IMG/VR virus record: IMGVR_UViG_2901966883_000003
DNA: 64,000 bases
Origin: a virus
Taxonomy: Duplodnaviria > Caudoviricetes
Direction: 5' to 3' (one strand)
This document shows, piece by piece, positions 48,873 to 58,940 of the stretch. The notes below the pieces were generated by a model that was given only the letters and a program-made list of their open reading frames with translations, searched no databases and was not told the origin of the DNA. A program made the position numbers and the translations under genes. Each line of letters starts with the position of its first letter. The stretch's first letter is position 1.

Positions 48873-49184
48873 GAGTCTAGAGTATAAACACTATAACATG
48901 TTCGAGAGTAGCCCTAAAATCATTTCTAAGACGTTTTAAATCATTTCAAGTATAATTATATTAAAAATGGTTAAGATGTCTTAAAACGTAAATTAAACGG
49001 TAATTCAAATTCAACAAATAAAACACCAAAACTTCATACCAAAATCGTGAATACATCTTGACTTTATTTAGATACAATGATATAATTAAGTTGTTAAATG
49101 CGTAAGGACACATTACTAATAGCGGTAGTGTGTCCTTTTTTGGTTGGTCTGAATGAATAAATAATAAGGTGGGTAGTTCCTAGT

Positions 49185-49841
49185 ATTTTTAAGTTTGATA
49201 ATGATTTAAAGTCTTACGCTGATAAAGCTAAGTACATAGAAGATACATTTGATGTAAATAAATTGAATAAAGTGGTAACTAATAAAGTTAAAGGTGGAGA
49301 AAACATATCTGACACAAGTTTTGGGAACTTCTTAGATGATGTAGCCAACTACCTTTTGGAAAGTAAAGACATTGACTCGGGTAGAAAAATTGAAGATACA
49401 TTCTACCGTAATGAAAAACATTATAAGAGTTCATATGCAATGGGAAAAAACACAGCTGTTGATACGGATTTGACTGAATGGAAGATGAATGAACAAACCA
49501 TTGAGGATAGCGTGTTAGATGATTACTCCAGTGTCAATGGTTACCTGAATAGATTGTTTAGCACAGATAATCTTGACAGAATGGAAATTAGAAAATTAAT
49601 AATGAACATAGGTAAACTCGAAAAAGTTACAAGTAAAGAGTTACTATCAGCATTTGAATGGTTTGAAGATGTTTTGAAAGATAGGCTTAGTGAAAAAGAC
49701 TTAGATTTCGTTTCTCTATTCAAAAAATACGACAAGATAGCTGATATTTCAAAAGAATTAAATGTATCATCACAAGCAGTAAGCAATAAGCTGACTAGAG
49801 TATGTGACAAAATTAAGAAAAATCTACAAGAAAAACAGTAA
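49185..49841 (+). CDS. Sigma-region-4-like HTH regulator
   Basis: LSEKD...IADISKELNVSSQAVSNKLTRV; frame open upstream of the track start (49263) to ATT 49185 behind AAGGTGG. Confidence 0.65.
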   Translation: MFKFDNDLKSYADKAKYIEDTFDVNKLNKVVTNKVKGGENISDTSFGNFLDDVANYLLESKDIDSGRKIEDTFYRNEKHYKSSYAMGKNTAVDTDLTEWKMNEQTIEDSVLDDYSSVNGYLNRLFSTDNLDRMEIRKLIMNIGKLEKVTSKELLSAFEWFEDVLKDRLSEKDLDFVSLFKKYDKIADISKELNVSSQAVSNKLTRVCDKIKKNLQEKQ

Positions 49842-49864
49842 GTAGGGTAGGTGGTGAGTGATAA

Positions 49865-50176
49865 ATGACAGAACAAATCATCAAAGATTGGCAAGTTCCA
49901 AGTAGGGAAGAAAGAGAAACGATTTTAACCTACGAAGAAGAAACTAATCAATGGCACATCTACAGTGATGTTCCAAAACATGCTCGAAAGTATGAGAAAT
50001 TCATTGATGAAAGTAAGAATCACAGAAAAGGCTACAATATCAATGGCGGTCAATTAGCAATGATAGATGGATATGTTATTGGTGGAAATGTTGGAATAAG
50101 AAAGAAAATGAGTGATAAAGAAAGAAAAGCAATTTCTGAAAGAATGAAAAAATTACGAGAAGAAAACAAGTTATAA
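49865..50176 (+). CDS. Hypothetical protein
   Basis: ORF with RBS; EERETILTY...WHIYSDVPKH. Confidence 0.7.
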   Translation: MTEQIIKDWQVPSREERETILTYEEETNQWHIYSDVPKHARKYEKFIDESKNHRKGYNINGGQLAMIDGYVIGGNVGIRKKMSDKERKAISERMKKLREENKL

Positions 50177-50324
50177 TTCGTTCTAATTTCCAAAGAAATC
50201 AAGGCTGGGCTTTATTAGAATAACGTAACATACCTTTCAAGTATAATTATACTCAATCGGTGTGTAGTCCATAGAATGTACAATAGGTTGGAAGAAAGAA
50301 CATAACAGTAAAGGGTGTAAAGTA

Positions 50325-51368
50325 ATGAGCAACAAAATAGCCGACAAACAACGTGCAAAAGAAGCAAAGATGGCTGAGAGTATACATGATTTCCTAAAAA
50401 GTGACGAGATGATTAGGTCATTTGTATTCGATGAAGGTGATTATGATGAGGAAATATTGGCATTATTAAAAATGCAAGTGCTTGATGATGAAGGAAAAAT
50501 TGTAGATGGTGTTTACACTATTCTTACCGTAGAATATCTTAGCAATCTCAAAACAAACCTTAATATGCGTTTTGCTGGTATCTATAATGTCCAAAAAGAT
50601 GTATTATATATGGAATATTATAGAACTGTATTTAAACCATTAGATATATTTACGAGTAATGATTTTTGGGTAAAATGGACAAATGAAATTTCACGAAAAT
50701 TCGACTTTGAGCTTAAAAGAAAAGCGGTAGAGCGTGCCGCTGATATGTTTAAAGCTGGTAAGTGGAAAGAGGATTATAAAAACAAGAAAAAAGTTGAGAA
50801 AATAATCATGGATAGAACTGTTGCCGAAATAGTTCATGGTGAAATGGAACAAAGCCATAACGCTTTTAGGCAGTATTTCGGCGAATATTATCAGCCATCT
50901 GATAGACTTTTAGCGCTTGCGAGTGTTAATGAAGACTATGTCGACAATTATGTTGATAGATTATTGGACGAAAACACAAGTTTCGTGATAGAAGAACTAA
51001 AAGAAAAGATATATCAAGATTTGAAGGATAATTTCGTATTGAGTTTTGACTCTGAGAGAAATTTGAATATGTTTTCTGAGATTAATTCCAAGTTGAAGCG
51101 CAATGAAATAAAGAAAAGCTCAATGCTGGATATAATCTACGTAAATAATAAAGGCACAGAGGAGATTTTAAACAATATCAACCCAGAAATTTTCCAACAA
51201 TATTTTGAAACAAAACGGTTGTCAGATTTAGTAAACTATAATGTTCGCACCCTACCAGCTGACAAAGCAGATAAACTATGGAAAAATGAGATTAATATTA
51301 ATGATATCCAGAAACTTATTCTAAACGGTCAAGTCATTTGGACAAGATATAAGGCAGACATGGAATAG
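50325..51368 (+). CDS. Hypothetical protein
   Basis: 347-aa ORF followed by a terminator-like hairpin at 51376-51415. Confidence 0.75.
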   Translation: MSNKIADKQRAKEAKMAESIHDFLKSDEMIRSFVFDEGDYDEEILALLKMQVLDDEGKIVDGVYTILTVEYLSNLKTNLNMRFAGIYNVQKDVLYMEYYRTVFKPLDIFTSNDFWVKWTNEISRKFDFELKRKAVERAADMFKAGKWKEDYKNKKKVEKIIMDRTVAEIVHGEMEQSHNAFRQYFGEYYQPSDRLLALASVNEDYVDNYVDRLLDENTSFVIEELKEKIYQDLKDNFVLSFDSERNLNMFSEINSKLKRNEIKKSSMLDIIYVNNKGTEEILNNINPEIFQQYFETKRLSDLVNYNVRTLPADKADKLWKNEININDIQKLILNGQVIWTRYKADME

Positions 51369-51575
51369 TAACCCTAGAATAGTCATGATTTTTCGTGATT
51401 ATTCTATTTTTTTTGAAAAAATTTGGCAAAAATGTCCTAAAAAAGTGTATATATTACACATAACTTTGCAAAGTATATAGAAGGAGGGTTTGCTTACTTC
51501 CAATAATGTAAGCGTTTCCAATAATAATTAAAGTGCCTCACGAGAGAGTGTGAGAGCGAGAAAGAGGTAAATTTT

Positions 51576-51854
51576 ATGTCAGTAGAAACATTAAATAAAG
51601 CAGATTTTGTAGCTAAGTTAGCTCAAGATAACCAAATTACAAAGAAAGTTGCAGCAGAAGCATTAGAAATCGTTATTTCTGGTGTTAAAGATGTTTTAGC
51701 GGAAAACAAGACATTACGCTTAACAGGTTTTGCAACTTTTGAAACAGTATACCAAGAAGAACATGAACGTAAGTTAGGCTTCACAGGTGAAACTGTTACA
51801 GTACCAGCTGGTTATCGTCATAAAGTTAAGTTAGCTGAAAAGTTGAAGAAATAA
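51576..51854 (+). CDS. hup: HU-family DNA-binding protein
   Basis: LNKADFVAKLA...ITKK.A...LTGFATFE...TGETVTVPA...KLK. Confidence 0.9.
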   Translation: MSVETLNKADFVAKLAQDNQITKKVAAEALEIVISGVKDVLAENKTLRLTGFATFETVYQEEHERKLGFTGETVTVPAGYRHKVKLAEKLKK

Positions 51855-51976
51855 GAATACTTGAAAATACTCCTTTATCTTATGGCTACAACATAGCATG
51901 AGATAAGAAAACCAACGTGAGAGCTGTGAGAGGGTTTAGGGTTCAAATCATAGCCATATTTAATATATCGCAGTCC

Positions 51977-52077
51977 TTCTGCGATTTCATGAGCATAGAC
52001 CAGTAGTTGAAGACACCTCCTTTTAAATAAAAACAGCTTAGCAATTAACTGGATTCTATGTTTTTGAAATCGTAGAA
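51977..52077 (+). ncRNA. Long stem-loop RNA with an anti-SD loop
   Basis: TTCTGCGATTTCA..GCATAGA.CCAGT / ACTGG..TCTATGT..TGAAATCGTAGAA enclosing CACCTCCTTTT. Confidence 0.55.
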
Positions 52078-52095
52078 GAAAGGAGAAGAGAATAT

Positions 52096-52284
52096 TTGAA
52101 AGAAATTATTCAGCTCCGTTGCGACATTAAGAAAATTATGAATAAAATATCAGTTTTAGCAAATAAGGCTGACTTAGATATTCATGATATGGCAGACCTA
52201 GAACGTTACGCAAAAACTTTGAATAACCTAGTAAATGCACTACATACATTAGAATTGAGAGAGAGTGATAGCTATGGCGAATAG
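52096..52284 (+). CDS. Small hypothetical protein
   Basis: TTG start behind AAGGAG. Confidence 0.55.
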   Translation: MKEIIQLRCDIKKIMNKISVLANKADLDIHDMADLERYAKTLNNLVNALHTLELRESDSYGE

Positions 52285-53062
52285 AGAAGGTATATGCGTA
52301 TTCTGCCACAATAAAAAGAGTTTGATTGATAGCAACAATACTCTTTTATCTGAAAATGGTTTCGGAGTTTGTCGAAGTTGTTCAAATCGAAATGTTGAAC
52401 TAGAAAACAAACAATCATTTATTGATATGTGTCTTCTACTCAACATGCCTTTCTTGATTGACAAATACGAAAATACGGTAGAAAGCGGAAAGAAAAATGT
52501 AGCATGGTCTACTTACAAATCACGCATTAGCAAGGTTTGGACGGATGGCTTTGCTAGTTCCATTTTTGAATACGAAGACCAAGATAAACAAGAAGGATTC
52601 GTAATAACTGATGAAATGAAAGCTCGTTGGGGTACGGGCTATGAAACTAGCGAAATTGAAGTTTTGGAATTGTCACTACGAAACCTTTATGCAATTAAAG
52701 AACCAGCAACCAAGTTTGAGGTTGAAAAATACATCTCCAATGTCAAGTTAAAGATTGCTTTAGATAGAGCGTTTGAAGAAAATGATGTGAAGGCTATCCC
52801 AGCGTTACGTAAAGCGTACGAAGATGATTGTAAGACATTGGGACTAGAGGCAGTATTAAATACCAAAGAAGATAAGATTGAAAGCGTGGGCGAAAGCATT
52901 AGACACTGGGAAGCAACAAAGCCTGTTCCTACTCGTAAAGAGTATGAAGACGTAGATGGATATGCCGAATACTTAACTAAGTGGTATATCACCCCACTCA
53001 AACGCAACTTCGGTATGGCAAGCGAAGAAGAGGTGAATGAATTGTATGCAGGGACAGAGTAG
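52265..53062 (+). CDS. Probable terminase small subunit / packaging-associated Zn-finger protein
   Basis: CxxC...CxxC, RWG.GY; immediately upstream of the large terminase. Confidence 0.55.
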   Translation: MIAMANREGICVFCHNKKSLIDSNNTLLSENGFGVCRSCSNRNVELENKQSFIDMCLLLNMPFLIDKYENTVESGKKNVAWSTYKSRISKVWTDGFASSIFEYEDQDKQEGFVITDEMKARWGTGYETSEIEVLELSLRNLYAIKEPATKFEVEKYISNVKLKIALDRAFEENDVKAIPALRKAYEDDCKTLGLEAVLNTKEDKIESVGESIRHWEATKPVPTRKEYEDVDGYAEYLTKWYITPLKRNFGMASEEEVNELYAGTE

Positions 53063-55331
53063 TTATCTCCAAAAGAAAGCCGAAAATTTCGCTGAATGGA
53101 TAGGTTTTTACAGACAAAACCCACATCGTTTCATGGAAGACTATTTTGGTACTCATCTGCATCCATTTCAACGTTTCTTATTCTATATGATGAATAAGGA
53201 CGATAAATTTATGTATATCGCAGCACGTGGTCGATTTGGTCGTCTAGTCAAGTAATTGGTTAGATTATTAGTGCGAAATTAAGCTGGAAACCTAAGTCGA
53301 AAGATATGGTAATCAGAACCGAAGGCTAGTTTTAAAAGACTAGACAGGGGCAGAGCATAGCAACTGAAACTCACTGAGAATATAATGTTGCCACGAGGTC
53401 GCACCACCCTAGCAAGTCAAGTTGTGGGTGAAAAGATATGCCATTCCTAGTCGAAAGATTAGGGCTGAGAGATAAAAAACTCTCAAGCTCATATGAGTAA
53501 ATAGCAAGGTGAATTGATTTGCCTAGTTTAGTAGAAATATTAAACCGTAATCGCAATAGAAAACTGGAAGCCTAAGTCATTTGATAAGGTAATCAGAGTG
53601 GAAGGTTAAAGGTAATATGTTAACCACACGCAGAGCATAGTGGCTGAAACTTGTAAAAGAATATAATGCCACCAAGAGATTGCGACATCTAAACAAGTTA
53701 AGTTGTAGATGAAAAGATATGCCGAACTTATAGGAAACTATAAGAAATAAGAGATAAAAAGCTCTTATGGTAACAAACTGAAATCGTTCTTGATTGCGTG
53801 GTATTGCATTGTTCGCTGTGTTTTATATCCAGGAACGAACATTGCACTTGCCGCTGGTACAAAAGGACAGGCTGCAAAAATAATATCTGAAAAGATTGAC
53901 AAATTCTATGATGAAAATGCAGCGTTGCGATTTGAAATAGGGAATAGACGAGATAATATCAAAACAAGTTATAACGAAGCATACGTTAAGTTTAAAAACG
54001 GTTCTAAGATACAAGCTGTAACTTCTAACGATAATTCACGTGGTATTCGTGCCAATATCTTAATTGTTGATGAGTTCCGTATGGTTAACAAAACAGTATT
54101 AGACAAGGTTTTAAAGCCATTCTTGAACGTAGTTAGACAACCAAGATATTTAACTTTGCCAGAATACAAAGATTATCCAAAAGAAGAAAACAAGCAGATT
54201 TATATTTCATCTGCATGGTGGAAATCACATTGGTCTTGGGACGAATTTCAAGCATATTTAAAGAAAATGCTTAAAGGCGACAAATATTTCGTAGCAGATT
54301 TGCCATATCAGTTATCAATACATCATGGTTTGTTAACAAAACAGATTGTTAATGATGAAAGAACCAGTGATAGTTTCGACCAAAATGGTTTTGATATGGA
54401 ATATGAGGCTATATTTGTTGGTGAAAATGACAAGGCTTACTTCAAATTAGACAAGTTAAATAAGATTAGAACATTAAATAAGGCTTTTATTCCACCTACA
54501 AGTCGAGAATATTTAGAGAATAAGAACTTATCACAACCTAAAAAGTTGTCAAATATGCCTAAACGTAGGGATATTGATGAAATAAGAATTATCTCACTAG
54601 ATATTGCTCTTATGGGTGGTAATAAAAACGTTAAAAATGATACTTCCGCATTTACATGTTTCAGATTAATAAGAGATGGTGATAGCTATCGTAGAGAGGT
54701 TGTTTACCTTGAAAGTATTAACGATAGTATCTCCAGTCAGAATTTAGCTATTAGATTGAAACAACTATATAACGACTTCCAAGCCGATTATGTAGTAATG
54801 GACGCAAACGGAAATGGTTTAGGTGTTTTTGACGCATGTGCAACAGTTCTACACGACCAAGAACGTGATGAAGATTATCCAGCTTGGGCAAGTATGAACG
54901 ATGAAGCAACTAATGAACGTACAAAAACACATGGTTTACCTATTGTATATACGGTTAAGGCTTCCGCAGCATTTAACAATGAAATTGCTCAATCACTAAA
55001 TTCAGCTATTGAAAGTGGGAAATTGAGATTACCAATTAACCACATTGAAAAGCGTGAAGATTTAGTTAACTCTGGTGGTTTCTTAAAGAAGTCAGTAGAG
55101 GAGCAACAAAAAGAATTGTATTCATTTAACCAAGCAACAGCTCTAGTTAATGAGTTGGTTAACCTAGAATACGAGGTGCGTGAAGGTAAAATCCGTATCA
55201 AAGAAGTAGGTACAACAACAAAAGATAGATATAGTTCTATCGCATACGGTAACTTCTATGCTAATGAGTTGGAAAAAGATTTGAGAGCAGAAGAAGCTAG
55301 TCGTAATTTATTGGATTTTATATTTGTATAA
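53046..55331 (+). CDS. terL: Terminase large subunit, spliced from three exons (53046-53231, 53505-53510, 53781-55331)
   Basis: Joining the exons gives YIAARG-QG-KSFLIAWYC (Walker A); then LIVDEFR Walker B, YISSA, SLDIA and KDRYSS nuclease motifs; ATG at 53037 is an alternative start. Confidence 0.92.
53232..53504 (+). ncRNA. Group I intron 1 (273 nt, no ORF)
   Basis: Exon ends in U, intron ends in G; P7-type GCAGAGCATA / AAGATATGCC; core CTGGAAACCTAAGTC...GGTAATCAG shared with intron 2. Confidence 0.88.
53511..53780 (+). ncRNA. Group I intron 2 (270 nt, no ORF)
   Basis: IGS GATTTGCCT pairs with 5' exon AGGU (U-G at the splice site) and 3' exon AAATC; terminal G; same core motifs as intron 1. 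Confidence 0.9.
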
Positions 55332-55344
55332 GGTAGGTGAAGAT

Positions 55345-56832
55345 GTGAGAGGACAAAGAAAAAAGCCAAGACGTAATTTTAGAGCTAACCAAGCAAAACG
55401 TGAAGAATTTGCAAATATTGTAGCTGACCCTAAAGCTGGGTTAAAACCTACAACCACTGGAGCTACTGAAAAGAGTAACGTTGCTACTTATCTGCAACGA
55501 CCATATGATAATGCACCACAGATAGCTGCGACTATCCGAGATAGTGTTAATAAGTATGGTGTTTTGGCTAAAGTAATTGATTACTATCAATCATTACCCA
55601 CATACAATTTCGCAATTAAACCTATCTTAGGTAATAAAGTCTATGACATAGACACAGTGAACATGCGTAATGATTATATAGATATTGCATACGCATTAGA
55701 ACAATACAATATCAAGTATTACGCACCAATATTCTTTAGGGACACACTTATAGAAGGAGTTACTTTCTACTACAAAATAGAAGACTCAGACGGAATATCA
55801 TTTATGAAGTTTCCTATTGAATGGTGCAAAATTCGTGGTATTGAAAATGGTGTTTATCGCTTTATGATAGACGTCACAAAATTCAAACAAGACTTTTTAA
55901 CAACATTACCAGAAGAATTGCAAACAGCTTATGAGCAATATCAAAATGGTAATGCAACTGATGAAAACTCTTGGTACAACAACAGATATTACTTTGTATC
56001 AGAAAAAGGTGTGGCATTTACATTTGACTCTAGTGCATTAGATTATGGTGGCTTAGCAGTTTCACCGTTTGCTGGTGTATTGCTAGATATTATGTCTGTG
56101 GCACAAGCTAAAAACAACGTCGATATTAAAGATGGTATTGACACCACTCGTATTTTACATTCTAAAATTCCAGTCGATAATGACGGTCGTATTCTTATGA
56201 CAGCTAAGGAAGCTAAAGTTTACGACAGTGCAATTCGTTCAAGACTTCCAAAGGGTGTAGTCAATGTTACAACCCCTACTAAATTGGAAAACGTTCCTTT
56301 AACCAATTCTGGTAATACAAATGCTCTTGATACAGTTAAAAAATCAACCGAGCAACTATTCTTTGATGTTGGTACACCAGCCCCATTATTCGGTGGCGAT
56401 ACAACAAGTGCCAACATTGTCAAAACTTCCATTCAAAAAGACGCAAATTGGGTTTATACAAACCTATTCCCATTATTAGAGAACTATTACAACAGTGAAA
56501 TAGCACAAGTTAAGACAAAAGGTAAGGTTAAGTGGGCTATTAAGTTCGTAAGACAAACAACTTTCACCTTAAAAGATGATGTGGCATTACAAAAAGACCA
56601 GTTGTCTTATGGTGGTTCACGCTTGAATTACCTTGCTGCTAATGGTTTCTCACCTTCTGAAATAGTTTCCCAATTAAGTTTTGAACAACAAGCACTAGGT
56701 ATTGACGATTTGATGATTGTAAAACCAACATCTAACACAATCTCGGCTAATGAAGTGAGTGAGCAGGGTCGAGGTAGACCAGAAACGGATAATCCGACTG
56801 ATGATACTGATAGGTTAGATGGCGAGAAATGA
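55345..56832 (+). CDS. Portal protein
   Basis: ~495 aa after the terminase; FPIEWCKI.G, EQGRGRP tail; GTG at 55345 has AGGT RBS (track start 55324). Confidence 0.78.
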   Translation: MRGQRKKPRRNFRANQAKREEFANIVADPKAGLKPTTTGATEKSNVATYLQRPYDNAPQIAATIRDSVNKYGVLAKVIDYYQSLPTYNFAIKPILGNKVYDIDTVNMRNDYIDIAYALEQYNIKYYAPIFFRDTLIEGVTFYYKIEDSDGISFMKFPIEWCKIRGIENGVYRFMIDVTKFKQDFLTTLPEELQTAYEQYQNGNATDENSWYNNRYYFVSEKGVAFTFDSSALDYGGLAVSPFAGVLLDIMSVAQAKNNVDIKDGIDTTRILHSKIPVDNDGRILMTAKEAKVYDSAIRSRLPKGVVNVTTPTKLENVPLTNSGNTNALDTVKKSTEQLFFDVGTPAPLFGGDTTSANIVKTSIQKDANWVYTNLFPLLENYYNSEIAQVKTKGKVKWAIKFVRQTTFTLKDDVALQKDQLSYGGSRLNYLAANGFSPSEIVSQLSFEQQALGIDDLMIVKPTSNTISANEVSEQGRGRPETDNPTDDTDRLDGEK

Positions 56833-56856
56833 TAGTGGAGAAAAGGAAAGTTAGAA

Positions 56857-58452
56857 ATGATTAGATTAAAAAACATTAACCTTCCCACTCACTTTGAAAT
56901 TGGTGAGGTTGAGCCCGATACCAGATTTCAAAAGGTTAAAATCTATATCGCTCATACAGGGGAGAACCTTAATAATTCAGTCTTTTCAAAAGAAGTATTA
57001 GAAAAGATGAGCCCTACTCTAGCTCATGTTCCTATCTTAGGTGTTATCGGCAAAAACGGTAATGATGAAGATGATTTTAGAGGACATGGCAAAGAGATTA
57101 CATGGAACGGTCATGACATAGAAATCAATTTTAAGACCAATGCTTATGGTTTTATCGGCGAAGACCACAATGCTCACTTTGAAGTAACGGGTGGCAAGGA
57201 ATGGTTGGTAGCAGATGGTTATCTATGGACTAGATTTGATGAAGTTATGGAATTGTTTGAAAACTCAAATGGTTCTAAAGGTCAATCTATGGAAATTATT
57301 GACACTGACGGATATATAGACAATCAAGGACGTGTAGTTTTTGAAGATGGCAAGTTTGCTGGTTTATGTATCTTGGGTGATGATGTTCCACCAGCTATGA
57401 CAGGTTCAACAATCTCAACAGAGTTTGAAAGAAATAAAATTAAAGAAACAATCAAAACCATGATGGCTGAATTTGCAGCCCAGAAAGGAGAAATGGTCTT
57501 GGCTGAAAGCAACAAGAAGGAAAACAACGAAGAAGTTGTTGAAGACACAGAAAAGCACGAAGAAAAAACAGCTGAAAAAGAAACAGTTGAAAAAGAACCA
57601 GCAAAGGCTGATGTTGGTGGCAAGTCTGAACTAGAACCCAAAGATGATGGCGAAGAAAAAGATAGTCATGACTCTGGTACAGACGACCACGCAGAAATGT
57701 CCACAGAAGAACCTAAATCAGATGACGATAAAGATGAAAAAGAAGACGTTACTGATGAAGATGATGAGGATTTTTCATGTGGTGGTTCAAAGAGTAAGAA
57801 AAAGAAAGACTTTGCAGATGATGAAAAAGACCCAGAAGACACAGAAGATGAGGGTAGCGAAGATGATGAAAAAGAAAAAGGCAAGTCAGAATTTGAATTA
57901 TCTCTTAGAAATAAAATTGGTGCTGTTGAAAGTGCTGTGGACGCTGCAACAGATTATTGTGCGTCTGTAGTTGATGTATTTGATACACACGCAATCATTC
58001 GTTCATGGGGCGAAGATGACAAATACTACGACTATAACTACTCATTGAATGCTGATGGTTCAGTTAAATTGGGTGAATACACAGAAGTAGTTCCAACTTA
58101 TTTAACACTTGAAGAAGTGGCAAAAGTAGAAGCTCAACGTCAAGAAGTAGCAGCATTGCAAGCACGCTTGGCAGAACTTGAACAATATCAAGCTGACAAT
58201 GAAAAAGATAAAAAACAAAAAGAATTGGATAAATCCAAATCATTGATGAGCAAGGAAGCATACGAAAGTATTCAAAATAACTTCTCTGCTATGTCATTTG
58301 AAGACGTGCAAAAGGAAATTGCTCTTACTCTTTACAAGTCTGGAGCAAACTTTAGTGCAAATACAGAAAACAACAAAAAGGTAGCAGTACAAGCCCATAA
58401 CTTTAGTGAAGATTTTGGTTACGGTGCTGCAAACGCTTTATTCCATAATTAG
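56857..58452 (+). CDS. Prohead protease / scaffold protein
   Basis: HTGENLNNS, GYLWTR, GQSMEI, GLCILG...PAM protease-like N-terminus; acidic linker; coiled-coil C-terminus. Confidence 0.78.
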   Translation: MIRLKNINLPTHFEIGEVEPDTRFQKVKIYIAHTGENLNNSVFSKEVLEKMSPTLAHVPILGVIGKNGNDEDDFRGHGKEITWNGHDIEINFKTNAYGFIGEDHNAHFEVTGGKEWLVADGYLWTRFDEVMELFENSNGSKGQSMEIIDTDGYIDNQGRVVFEDGKFAGLCILGDDVPPAMTGSTISTEFERNKIKETIKTMMAEFAAQKGEMVLAESNKKENNEEVVEDTEKHEEKTAEKETVEKEPAKADVGGKSELEPKDDGEEKDSHDSGTDDHAEMSTEEPKSDDDKDEKEDVTDEDDEDFSCGGSKSKKKKDFADDEKDPEDTEDEGSEDDEKEKGKSEFELSLRNKIGAVESAVDAATDYCASVVDVFDTHAIIRSWGEDDKYYDYNYSLNADGSVKLGEYTEVVPTYLTLEEVAKVEAQRQEVAALQARLAELEQYQADNEKDKKQKELDKSKSLMSKEAYESIQNNFSAMSFEDVQKEIALTLYKSGANFSANTENNKKVAVQAHNFSEDFGYGAANALFHN

Positions 58453-58471
58453 AAAGGACAGAGTATTAAAT

Positions 58472-58918
58472 ATGGCACAAGTATTTTTAGATAGAGTAGC
58501 TGCAACAGCTCACGTAGAATCTATCGCAATCAAAGAAGAAGTTAAGCCAGGACAATTCTTCAAATTAGGTGTGTTAGACGCTGATGGAGAACGCCGCTTG
58601 GTAGAAAAAGCAACAGGAAATGCAGACGCAAATGTATTCTTAGCACCAGAAGTAATTAGCTATGGTGACCCACACTTTGACGTAGCAAACGTTACATTGA
58701 AAGACGGAGATACAGGACGTGCATACCACAAAGATGAAGGTACAATCATTTCTGTAACAGCAGACCTAGCTAAAGGTGTATCAGTTGGCGACCATGTTGA
58801 CGTTGGTGACGCTGGTTTAGGTTTCAAGAAAGCTTCATCTGGTAACGGTGTTGGTTTAGTAATCGGCAAAGAAAATCATGGTGTAGATGGCGAAGTATTC
58901 GTTATCGCATTTGGTTAA
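58472..58918 (+). CDS. Probable capsid decoration / minor head protein
   Basis: Gly-rich 148 aa between scaffold and capsid genes; ATG at 58472 with AAAGGA RBS. Confidence 0.65.
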   Translation: MAQVFLDRVAATAHVESIAIKEEVKPGQFFKLGVLDADGERRLVEKATGNADANVFLAPEVISYGDPHFDVANVTLKDGDTGRAYHKDEGTIISVTADLAKGVSVGDHVDVGDAGLGFKKASSGNGVGLVIGKENHGVDGEVFVIAFG

Positions 58919-58940
58919 TGAAAGGTAGGAATTAGATTAT

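Noticed and set aside
53037-53790. Terminase as a split pseudogene or two separate genes
   Set aside because: The gap is explained by two group I introns whose removal restores the frame and the Walker A motif.
57500-57900. GAT/GAA-rich repeats and overlapping alternative ORFs
   Set aside because: Low-complexity acidic linker of the scaffold protein; the shadow ORFs are by-products.
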